Shown in pieces: positions 19,406-28,117 of a stretch of DNA of 64,000 nt. A program made the translations under genes and the position numbers. How positions within the stretch are numbered: the first letter of the stretch is position 1; every line of letters begins with the position of its first letter. Below the pieces are notes generated by a model. That model saw only the letters and a program-made list of their open reading frames with translations, was not told the DNA's origin and searched no databases. Source of the stretch: an uncultured Gammaproteobacteria bacterium (GTDB lineage Bacteria; Patescibacteriota; Microgenomatia; Levybacterales; UBA12049); NCBI GenBank assembly GCA_964553245.1, contig CAZKJM010000001.1:16892-80891 (forward strand), given 5' to 3'.

Positions 19406-21594
19406 TTAGTTATTATTATTTTATCACCACGTTCTTCTATATAATACTTTAATTCCTGGTTTTTCTCTAAATTAGTTTTACCCAACCACCATAACAAATA
19501 TTCATATGGCATAATAAAACTTCTAAATTTACTTCCTTCTCCTTTTCCAGTTATGATAAAATTTCGATTTTTAGAATCACTTATAATTTTTTTACTGGCA
19601 TTGATTTTTCTTTCTAAATCATTATTTAAAAACTTTTTTGAATTAAAAATTGAATACGTATTTAAAGTAATTGTTAATAGTATTAATGTAATCCCAAATA
19701 TTTTGCTTATACTAATTATTTTTTTATAAAAAACTGCTGTCAAAATTACAAACGCTGGAAAAACAATTGGCATATATGCATCAGATAATGTTTTTGACAA
19801 TATAATTCCGGTAAAAGAAAAAAATATCCAAGCGAGCAGTAAAATGATTGATTTGTTTTTTTTGTAATCTTTAGATAAATAAATAAAATACAAGAGTGAT
19901 AATAAAAAAATTATACCTGCAATTAAATTTGACATTGGGAAAATTAAGTTTTTAAAATACATAAAAAAGTAGTTAAATTGAGAAAAAATGTTGATGTTTT
20001 CCGTAATCAAATCATTTTTAAACGGAATAATAAAGCTAACTAATTTATATCCTATCCAAATAATAAACTTTAACGTCTGAGGAAAACCATTATGGAAATC
20101 ATAATAAATCATAGGAATCATTGGTGTTAACAATAAAATTAAAGAATAAAAGATTGTATCCTTATTCATTATTCTCTTATACCAACTTGTTCTTTTTAAA
20201 TATCCGTAAATAAAAAAAGTTATAAAAATAATCCAAAGCGCAGCAGTTGCAAGCTCTAAATTATAAAGAATCCCTAAATATAAAAAAATTAACGGAAAAT
20301 ATCTTTTATTTCCGTTAATCCAATTAAAAAGTGAATGAATATATAAAACAGTAAAAATAGGTATTGGGCTTGTATGATAAGGCATTCTTGAGAAATTAAT
20401 AACAAGAGGTGAAGTTGCATAAAGTATTGTAGAAATTATTGCTACATTTTTATTAAAAATCTGTTTTGTACATAAATAAATCGCGTAAATCGTAATTATG
20501 CTAATAATTATTGATAAATAAGCTCCGCTTATTGGATTAAAGTTAAATAAATAAAGAAAAGGAATTAGTAAATAAGTCCAAAATGGTCCTTGATGAAGCC
20601 ATGTATGACTTGACGCGATTCCCACCAAGGGAAAATTACCGTTTATTAAAAAATCTCTTGCAGAGATGTAAAACCATGCTTGATCCCCAATAAATACCAT
20701 TGACTTATTAATATTATAAGTAGCTATAAAAAGAAAAAATAAACTTAAAAATAAAAGAATTATTGAATTTATACTTAATCTCGAAGTTAATTCCACAAAA
20801 AATGATGATATTAAACCATAATTTTTTCTAAAGTAATATAACCTGCTTTTTTTAAAAATACTGTCCTTGTTTTTTAACTGTTTAGTACTAACACCCCATT
20901 TATGAATAACTTTTGCAGAAGTAATAATATAGTTTTTATAACCAAGGTCTCTTATCCTTTTACAAAGATCAAATTCCTCAAAATACAAAAAAAACTGTTC
21001 ATCAAACATACCGATTTTTTCAAAAAAATCTTTTTTAACCATAAATGCAGTTCCAGGAACGACATCTACTTCTTTATTTTTATTTTTATTCCAATCTTTC
21101 AACCAATATTCATTTGCAATTTTATTATTTTTAAAAATATTACCCAGAATAGTTAAAGAAAAAATTGCATTTTTTGGACTTAAGATTTTTGTTCCTTGAA
21201 GAGAATATAAAGCTTTATTGTTTTTAAGCAATAATGGCGCAACTAGTCCAATCTTTTTTTTATTTCTTATAAATTTATATAAATTTTCAATTGCTCCCTT
21301 TTTTACGATAGTATCGGGATTAAGAAAAAATAAGAATTCTCCTTTGGCGATTTTTTCTCCATAATTAATCCCTGCTCCAAACCCTAAATTATGTGGAGAT
21401 TTAATATACTTTACATTCGGGTATTTTTTTATTAAAGCTTTTTTTAAGTTATTTTTGCTATCATTGTCTACGACTATTATTTCAAAGCTAACACTCGAGT
21501 TTGAACTATAAATCGAATCTATGCAATTTAATATTTCTTTTTTAACTTTATAATTAACGATAATTATTGAAACCTCAACTTTATATTCACTCAT
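19402..21594 (-). CDS. Fusion protein: N-terminal GT2 (WbbL/rhamnosyltransferase-like GT-A) plus C-terminal ArnT/PMT-like GT-C membrane domain
   Basis: N-terminal SIIIVNYK...VVDNDS...NPDT (GT2). After ~aa 270, more than 10 TM with the loop GDQAWFYISARDFLINGNFPLVG...HQGPFWTYLL matching the ArnT/PMT D-E/Q...KPP..W motif. Confidence 0.7.
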   Translation of the reverse strand: MSEYKVEVSIIIVNYKVKKEILNCIDSIYSSNSSVSFEIIVVDNDSKNNLKKALIKKYPNVKYIKSPHNLGFGAGINYGEKIAKGEFLFFLNPDTIVKKGAIENLYKFIRNKKKIGLVAPLLLKNNKALYSLQGTKILSPKNAIFSLTILGNIFKNNKIANEYWLKDWNKNKNKEVDVVPGTAFMVKKDFFEKIGMFDEQFFLYFEEFDLCKRIRDLGYKNYIITSAKVIHKWGVSTKQLKNKDSIFKKSRLYYFRKNYGLISSFFVELTSRLSINSIILLFLSLFFLFIATYNINKSMVFIGDQAWFYISARDFLINGNFPLVGIASSHTWLHQGPFWTYLLIPFLYLFNFNPISGAYLSIIISIITIYAIYLCTKQIFNKNVAIISTILYATSPLVINFSRMPYHTSPIPIFTVLYIHSLFNWINGNKRYFPLIFLYLGILYNLELATAALWIIFITFFIYGYLKRTSWYKRIMNKDTIFYSLILLLTPMIPMIYYDFHNGFPQTLKFIIWIGYKLVSFIIPFKNDLITENINIFSQFNYFFMYFKNLIFPMSNLIAGIIFLLSLLYFIYLSKDYKKNKSIILLLAWIFFSFTGIILSKTLSDAYMPIVFPAFVILTAVFYKKIISISKIFGITLILLTITLNTYSIFNSKKFLNNDLERKINASKKIISDSKNRNFIITGKGEGSKFRSFIMPYEYLLWWLGKTNLEKNQELKYYIEERGDKIIITK

Positions 21595-22818
21595 TTATAA
21601 ATCTCCCTTAAGTAATCTTACAGTATAGTAGATAGATATTGGAAATATAATAATTATACTTATTAAAAGAGCAGCTACTGATCCATTTAAATCGTACTGT
21701 TTTGTTAAAAGAAACATTAATGGAATCAATATTATTATTCTTAACAAACTAATTTTTGTTAAAATATCCTGTCTTCTTAATGAATAAAATAACGAGCCAT
21801 TCGTTCCAATAATAGAAGATACTAATCCGTATAAGATAAAAAGTTTAAAAATACCTTCAGCTCCAATCCACTTTTTTCCTAAAAATAAAATAATTATCTC
21901 TCTGGAAAACAAAAATAATACTAAGCCAACGATAAGTTCAATAATAAATAAAACGAATGTCATTTTCAGATAACTATTCCCTAACCTTTTTAGACTACTA
22001 GATATCTTTGAATACGTGGGAAAGGTTACTTTTCCGAAAATATCTGCTATTTCGAGCATCGGAGCATAGGAAAACTTTTGAGATATTTGGTAAATTCCTA
22101 AAGAGGATATATTCATTAAACGACTTATAAAAATCACATCCAATTGATTTGTTGTGTAATAAAGTATGCTGTTAAAGTTCATCCATTTTGCTGAATTAAT
22201 AATCTTTTTAAATATAACTAGATCGTATTTTATTCTGGGTTTTTTTAATCCTATAATCCATGAATAAAATACTCCTATTAAAGTTGATATTATAAGTCCT
22301 AATATTAATCCCATGTAATTTCTTATTAAGATAACAAACAAAACGGTAAATATAAAATCGGAAATTATCGTTACCGATCTATAGTAAAATTCTTTATTAA
22401 AATTTAATTCTTTAGTAAAACTAACTACATAAATATTTTCAAAAGCTTTAATCAAAGGAATTATTGAAGCAAGTGGAATTAGAAAAAATAATTCGTTTCT
22501 TTTAAAAAAAATTGAAAGTGGATATGCTAATGTAACGATTACTATACTCAATAATATTCCACGAATTAATTGAATTGACCATGTATAATCAATTACTTTT
22601 TTTATATTCTTTGATTGTATTAAATAATTATTAATACCAAGTTCGGAATAAACTTCTGATACTCCGACAATAAGTACAAGTATTCCGTATATTCCTAAGT
22701 CTGATGGAGATATAAATCTTGCAATAATTGCAAATTTTAAAAGAGAAACAATTCGTGTTATAAACTGAAATGCGCTTAACCAACTTATTCCCTTAATTAC
22801 TTTTTTCTTGTATTTCAT
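21595..22818 (-). CDS. Wzx-like oligosaccharide flippase (MOP/PST family polysaccharide biosynthesis protein)
   Basis: 407 aa, ~12 TM. N-terminus KGISWLSAFQFITRIVSLLKFAIIARFISPSDLGIYGI is characteristic of the Wzx/PST family. Confidence 0.75.
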   Translation of the reverse strand: MKYKKKVIKGISWLSAFQFITRIVSLLKFAIIARFISPSDLGIYGILVLIVGVSEVYSELGINNYLIQSKNIKKVIDYTWSIQLIRGILLSIVIVTLAYPLSIFFKRNELFFLIPLASIIPLIKAFENIYVVSFTKELNFNKEFYYRSVTIISDFIFTVLFVILIRNYMGLILGLIISTLIGVFYSWIIGLKKPRIKYDLVIFKKIINSAKWMNFNSILYYTTNQLDVIFISRLMNISSLGIYQISQKFSYAPMLEIADIFGKVTFPTYSKISSSLKRLGNSYLKMTFVLFIIELIVGLVLFLFSREIIILFLGKKWIGAEGIFKLFILYGLVSSIIGTNGSLFYSLRRQDILTKISLLRIIILIPLMFLLTKQYDLNGSVAALLISIIIIFPISIYYTVRLLKGDL

Positions 22819-23911
22819 TTAATTTTTTATAAATTAATTTTTCTAATTTTTTTCCCATTACATTCCAATCCCAATTTTTTACCATATCATTTCTTGCGTT
22901 TAAGCTCATTCTACTAATAATATTTTTATTTCTTAATAAGTAATTTATCTTTGCTACAAAATCATTTACATCTCTTTTTAATAAAAATCCTGTAGATTTA
23001 TTTTTAACCGTTTCCCTATGTCCTCCTTGATTAACAGCCAAAACAACAACTCCACAAGACATCGCTTCCAAAGGCACTAAGCCAAAAGGCTCATTATAAG
23101 AAGGCGCAATTAATATTTTTGATCTTCTATATGTATCTAAGAGTTCCTTATCGGATAACCACTCGTTTTCAAAGGTAATAATTCTTGTTTTTATTTTATT
23201 ATTTATTTTTTTTAATATTCCTTCCAATAACGGATATCCATCTAGAAAATCTTTTGAACCTATATATAACAAGTCTATGTCTTTATCTTTTTTAGTTGGA
23301 TTAAAAAATGAAGTGTCAACACCATAATAAATTACGTCTCCTTTTATTTGATATGCACTAATAAATTTTTTTCTAGTAAATTTAGATATCGATATGATAA
23401 AATTTGCTCTTCCTATATTGAATCGGTCAAGATATTTTCTTAGTAATCTATTTAATTTTTCGTAACCTAATTTAATAATATTATTAGTTTTTGGTTTATA
23501 AATTTCAGGCTCGTAGATTATTCTATAATAAGGGTCATTGCAGTAAAAAAAACTGGGTATTTTTAAAAATTGTAAAATAAAAGGTGATTCTATATATTGA
23601 GAAGCTGCAATATAAGCAATATCATATTTTCTATTCTTAATATCTTTGGCGATCCTTTTATTCAATTTCCACAAATTAAACAATTCAATTGTATCTTTGT
23701 ATAATCTTACTCTCCAATTATGTCCTCTCCAATTTTTTGGATTAAATTTATAAAAATAAATTTTAGAATAAATCTTTTTTTCATCGCTTTGTGCGTTATC
23801 TATTAAATACAAATCCACAAAATGACCAAGCTTTATTAACTGTTTGGCAAATTCATTAGTCCCTCTTCTCGCGCCACCTTTATGAAGCTCATGGTAAAAC
23901 GCTATCCTCAT
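22793..23911 (-). CDS. Glycosyltransferase family 4 (GT-B, retaining-type)
   Basis: MRIAFYHELHKGGARRG... and C-terminal E-x7-E region EPFGLVPLEAMSCGVVVLA. Confidence 0.8.
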   Translation of the reverse strand: MRIAFYHELHKGGARRGTNEFAKQLIKLGHFVDLYLIDNAQSDEKKIYSKIYFYKFNPKNWRGHNWRVRLYKDTIELFNLWKLNKRIAKDIKNRKYDIAYIAASQYIESPFILQFLKIPSFFYCNDPYYRIIYEPEIYKPKTNNIIKLGYEKLNRLLRKYLDRFNIGRANFIISISKFTRKKFISAYQIKGDVIYYGVDTSFFNPTKKDKDIDLLYIGSKDFLDGYPLLEGILKKINNKIKTRIITFENEWLSDKELLDTYRRSKILIAPSYNEPFGLVPLEAMSCGVVVLAVNQGGHRETVKNKSTGFLLKRDVNDFVAKINYLLRNKNIISRMSLNARNDMVKNWDWNVMGKKLEKLIYKKLNEIQEKSN

Positions 23912-23919
23912 ATTAGTGA

Positions 23920-23949
23920 TTGAAATTATATCAGTTTTAGCCTTATAAT
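23920..23949 (+). promoter_or_regulatory. Candidate promoter (TTGAAA-N18-TATAAT) for the C-methyltransferase gene, in a divergent intergenic region
   Basis: TTGAAA at 23920-23925. TATAAT at 23944-23949. ATG at 23969. On the opposite strand, TGaTATAAT (extended -10) lies 13 nt upstream of the GT4 ATG. Confidence 0.35.
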
Positions 23950-23968
23950 ACGATATCTTTAAACTGGA

Positions 23969-25183
23969 ATGAAAATCAGACAGTGCAGATCATGCAATTC
24001 TAAAAATTTTATTAAAATATTATCTTTAGGAAATCAATATTTATCTGATTTTACTAAAAAAAGCTCCAAACAAAAAACATATCCGTTGAATATTATTCTT
24101 TGCAAAAAATGTAATTTAGTTCAGCTTGACTATACTACTCCAGCAAAATATTTATATACGGAAAGGTATGGTTACAAATCAGGCATAAACAAAACTATGC
24201 AGGACGAGTTAAAAGGGATTGTATCTAGTGGACTTAAAAAGATAAAAAAAACTAAAGATAAAATCATTGCAATCGACATCGGAGCAAATGATGGAACCCT
24301 GCTTAAAAATTATTCTAAAAACAAGGTTTATAGAATCGCTGTGGAACCAATTAAGAAGCTTGCTAAAGAAAATTCTAAAAATGCGGATTTGGTAATAAAT
24401 AACTATTTTAGCTATGAAGCATTGAATAAGAAAATAAAAAATTTAAAAGCGGACATCGTAACAGTAATTTCCTGTTTTTACGATATGGAAGAACCAAATA
24501 AATTTATAAACGACTTAACTAAAATTTTAAAAGAATACGGAATAATTATTATCCAACAAAATTACCTAGTTAGCATGATTAAACAATGTGCATTTGATAA
24601 TATAGTTCACGAACATCTAGAATATTACTCTCTGTTATCTTTAAATAATCTCTTGCAAAAACATGATTTGGAGGTTTTTGATGTTGAGCAAAGAGAGTTA
24701 AATGGGGGAAGCTTTAGGACATATATAGGATTTCGTGGGAAAAGAAAAATATCAAAATCTGTTAACGAAATGGTAAAAAAAGAAAAAAAACTCGGTCTCG
24801 ATAAAAAAAAGATTTATTTAAACTTCGCAAAAAAAATAGAACAGAATAAAACAAAGCTGGTTAGCTTTATCACCAAAGAGAATAATAAAGGTAAAAAAAT
24901 ATACGTATATGGAGCCTCTACCAGAGGAAATACTCTTCTTCAGTATTTTGGATTAAATAATAAACTAATAAAATACGCTGTAGAAAGAAATCCGGAGAAA
25001 TGGGGAAAAATAATTACCTCTGTTAATATACCAATAATCTCAGAAGAACAAGCTAGAAAAGATAAGCCAGACTATATGCTTGTGTTACCTTGGTTTTTTA
25101 AAAAAGAATTTTTAAAACGGGAAAAAGCTTATTTAAAACACGGTCATTTTATCTTTCCCCTTCCAAAGTTTGAAGTTATTTAA
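23969..25183 (+). CDS. Sugar C-methyltransferase, TylCIII/EryBIII-like (N-terminal Zn-ribbon + class I SAM MTase + C-terminal C-methyltransferase domain)
   Basis: CRSCNSKNF...CKKCNLVQLD zinc ribbon. IDIGANDGTLL SAM motif I. ~400 aa architecture typical of NDP-hexose 3-C-methyltransferases. Confidence 0.7.
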   Translation: MKIRQCRSCNSKNFIKILSLGNQYLSDFTKKSSKQKTYPLNIILCKKCNLVQLDYTTPAKYLYTERYGYKSGINKTMQDELKGIVSSGLKKIKKTKDKIIAIDIGANDGTLLKNYSKNKVYRIAVEPIKKLAKENSKNADLVINNYFSYEALNKKIKNLKADIVTVISCFYDMEEPNKFINDLTKILKEYGIIIIQQNYLVSMIKQCAFDNIVHEHLEYYSLLSLNNLLQKHDLEVFDVEQRELNGGSFRTYIGFRGKRKISKSVNEMVKKEKKLGLDKKKIYLNFAKKIEQNKTKLVSFITKENNKGKKIYVYGASTRGNTLLQYFGLNNKLIKYAVERNPEKWGKIITSVNIPIISEEQARKDKPDYMLVLPWFFKKEFLKREKAYLKHGHFIFPLPKFEVI

Positions 25184-25892
25184 AAAATTTCATTTTAATA
25201 ACATGCAATAACGATGTAACCAACTCATTAAAATTAACATTTGATTTACCATAAATACGATAGTTCCAAGTAATTGGCACTTCAGAAATTTTAAAATTAT
25301 TTTTACTTAATTTGTATGCTATTTCCGATAATGCAATAAATCCCTTTGCTTTAATTTTTGTTTTTAATAAAAAAATTACTGCATTTCTACTATATAATCT
25401 AAATCCACTGGTATAGTCACTTATTTTTATATTTAGCCAAAAATATAAAAAGTAATTAATCAACCTACTCATTATTGTTCTATTCGGAGAAATATTATCA
25501 ATCTTACCACCTGATTTATATCGCGAGCCAATTACTAAATCGTAAGGATATACTTCAATTTCTTTAATAAATCTAGAAAATTCTTTTGGATCGTGAGCAA
25601 GATCGGAATCCATTTCAAAAATATAATCAATTTTTTTATATTTCAAAACTCTCTTAAAACCAATTAATACAGCGCTTCCTCTTCCAGATTTTTTTAACCT
25701 TGTAATCAACTCTATGTTCTTAAATTTTTTTATTATTTTCTTTATTTTTTCGTTTTCTTCCATTGCCGAATCATCAATAATTACAATTAATGCGTTTTTA
25801 AGATTCTTGTTTATTCCTGAAATTAAAATACTTATATTTTTTGACTCATTATAAGAAGGAATTACTACTGCAAAATTATTAATCTTCACCAT
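25176..25892 (-). CDS. GT2 polyprenol-phosphate sugar synthase (DPM1/GtrB-like, soluble 238 aa)
   Basis: VVIPSYNE...IIDDSAMEE...EMDSDLAHDP...GSRY...GFRL are DPM1-type motifs. Confidence 0.8.
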   Translation of the reverse strand: MVKINNFAVVIPSYNESKNISILISGINKNLKNALIVIIDDSAMEENEKIKKIIKKFKNIELITRLKKSGRGSAVLIGFKRVLKYKKIDYIFEMDSDLAHDPKEFSRFIKEIEVYPYDLVIGSRYKSGGKIDNISPNRTIMSRLINYFLYFWLNIKISDYTSGFRLYSRNAVIFLLKTKIKAKGFIALSEIAYKLSKNNFKISEVPITWNYRIYGKSNVNFNELVTSLLHVIKMKFFK

Positions 25893-27829
25893 AATTCTCC
25901 TTTGTTAACAATTTCATACAATGTAATGCTCCCTTTAAAATTATTACCTAACGAAATCTCATTAATTACTCTATCTTTATAAAATAAAGGAACTTTTGAC
26001 AAATTAATAAAATAGGGTTCATTTTTATAAGGAGTATCAAATCGGATTAATCCCGATATTGAATCATCTGTTTTTACATAAAGTATGCCATTATTATTTT
26101 TATTATAAGGCACTATCACTAACATTTTATTCTTAGAAGAAATTTTATTGCTCTTTAAATAATTGTTAAAAGCTAAGACACTATATTCATCAATGATTTT
26201 ATTGTTGTTTTTTAATACCTTTATTTTATGAACACCCTCTGAATAAGGAATTTTCGATAAGTTAACATTTAACAAAAAATTTCTATATTCATCAAACAAG
26301 ATGCCTTCTGTTTTAAAAAAGTCTTTATTTTCTTTTTTTAATACTAGATATTTGCCAATTTTTATTTCAGGGATATAATTATTAAGAATATAAGACAATT
26401 CGTTTGGAACTCTTATATATTCAGGAACTGAATCCTGTAATGATTTATTTTTTGTATTTAAAATTATTTTGTTAACATTATTTTTATTAAGATAGTCAAT
26501 CCTACTAAACTGACCTTTTAAAGTAGAACCATCATAAGTGCTTAAATAAAATGGTGGAGCTTGATTTAAAAAAGCATAAATAAAAGGATCTGAAGGAAAA
26601 CTAAAAATCTTGGCTATAATATTTTTCCTGTTAATGTAGTTAATTAAATTTGCAATATCCTTATCTTCAGAAAATATTTTATTTAGATTATTATCAACAC
26701 ATTGAATGCTATTAAGATTAGCTCTTATAAATAACCTGTTATCTGTTTTTATAATGTTAATGACGATAAAAGCAAAATTAAAAATTAAAACTAATAAAAT
26801 TAGTAAATTCCTAACTTTATTACCAATATTATAGTTTACTTTTATGTCTCTAATTATAAACGCGTATAAAATTATGCCGTAAATTATCAACTGCTCACTA
26901 ATAGATCTTAAAATGTTTTTTTGCTCAAGAATAATAATTAAGACTAACACTGAGACTTTTAATAAAAAAAACTTATCTTTGTTTCTTGTTTTTAAAATAA
27001 GTTGCAAACACAAACTTATTTCGACCAAAATAATTCCAAGGATAACATAAATATTATCTATGTTTTTAAGAGAAGGAGGAAAAGGAACTTTTGCAATTTT
27101 AGATAAATACGATAAATTTATTAAATAATCGTAGAAAGAAAATAGACTTGTTTTTGAAATTATAAAAACATAAAACGGCAAAGCGCCAATCGCTAATCCC
27201 AACGAGATATTAAATATTTTTTTAAAAGTATTAATGAACTGGCTTTTTTTGAATTTATTTAAAATATTTTTTGTAATTACAAAAAATAAAATTGAAATAT
27301 AAGAATATATTCCTGAATCAAAGAAAAGAAAAATCGTAAGACCCAAAATAATTCCAAATAAAAACTCTTTAGTTTTGCAATTTTTTTTATCGATATATAT
27401 AGTGTAAAAAATTAACATCGCTAAGGGTATCCCATATCTAATAAATTGATTTTCCATTCCTGTCAAAAAATATGATAAAAATATAAATATATAGAAAATA
27501 ACTGACACAATTCGTGACATAATTATCTTATTAATGGAGTAATAAAAAAAAGTTAAAAGCGTTGAAACTATTAAGAAAAATATCAAGCTGAATATAATAT
27601 TCTGATTTTTATAGTAAAATAACAATCCATAGGGATAAAAAATATCTACATAAGGCAATAAATTTTTAACCTGTGCGTATTGCCAAAAAATAAAATGATG
27701 TGTATCAAAATTAAAATTTTTATATAAAATACAATTATTTATTATTAAGTAAACATTTAAAATACTACTTATTAAAAAAATCGTAACTATTTCTATGTTT
27801 TTGTATAATTTATCAATTATTTTTTTCAT
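25886..27829 (-). CDS. Very large polytopic membrane protein, GT-C/YfhO-like candidate glycosyltransferase with a C-terminal extracytoplasmic domain
   Basis: 647 aa. First loop FDTHHFIFWQYAQVKNLLPYVDIFYPYGLLFYY resembles the YfhO-type D.(F/H)H...P.W....FY.P..YY motif. 14+ predicted TM. Confidence 0.5.
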   Translation of the reverse strand: MKKIIDKLYKNIEIVTIFLISSILNVYLIINNCILYKNFNFDTHHFIFWQYAQVKNLLPYVDIFYPYGLLFYYKNQNIIFSLIFFLIVSTLLTFFYYSINKIIMSRIVSVIFYIFIFLSYFLTGMENQFIRYGIPLAMLIFYTIYIDKKNCKTKEFLFGIILGLTIFLFFDSGIYSYISILFFVITKNILNKFKKSQFINTFKKIFNISLGLAIGALPFYVFIISKTSLFSFYDYLINLSYLSKIAKVPFPPSLKNIDNIYVILGIILVEISLCLQLILKTRNKDKFFLLKVSVLVLIIILEQKNILRSISEQLIIYGIILYAFIIRDIKVNYNIGNKVRNLLILLVLIFNFAFIVINIIKTDNRLFIRANLNSIQCVDNNLNKIFSEDKDIANLINYINRKNIIAKIFSFPSDPFIYAFLNQAPPFYLSTYDGSTLKGQFSRIDYLNKNNVNKIILNTKNKSLQDSVPEYIRVPNELSYILNNYIPEIKIGKYLVLKKENKDFFKTEGILFDEYRNFLLNVNLSKIPYSEGVHKIKVLKNNNKIIDEYSVLAFNNYLKSNKISSKNKMLVIVPYNKNNNGILYVKTDDSISGLIRFDTPYKNEPYFINLSKVPLFYKDRVINEISLGNNFKGSITLYEIVNKGELW

Positions 27830-28079
27830 TTTTTTTAACTAAAAACATAATAATTATCAATGAGAAAAACGGAGAAAGAATAATTAATAAAAACAACAAA
27901 TTATCAAAATTACCAGGATATCCATAATAATTAATATAACCAATTATTTTCTCTTTTCCTATTTTTTGAACTGGAAAAAAACTTCTAATTTGTCTAAGAA
28001 ATAAAACAATCAAAAACAAAAATGTGAACGTTGTAGAGAGATATTCTATAATTAGCTCTGTTGATTTTCCTTTATTCAT
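27813..28079 (-). CDS. Small 2-TM membrane protein (88 aa) overlapping the start of the large membrane protein; possible accessory subunit
   Basis: Two hydrophobic helices, TTFTFLFLIVLFL and LLFLLIILSPFFSLIIIMFLV. 17-nt overlap with the downstream gene. Confidence 0.35.
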   Translation of the reverse strand: MNKGKSTELIIEYLSTTFTFLFLIVLFLRQIRSFFPVQKIGKEKIIGYINYYGYPGNFDNLLFLLIILSPFFSLIIIMFLVKKNEKNN

Positions 28080-28117
28080 AAGGTATATTATATAAAATTA
28101 AGAGTAATAATTATACA

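Noticed and set aside
27813-28079. Calling the 88-aa protein GtrA
   Set aside because: It has only two predicted TM helices, against four in GtrA, and no GtrA motif is recognisable. It is kept as an unnamed small membrane protein.
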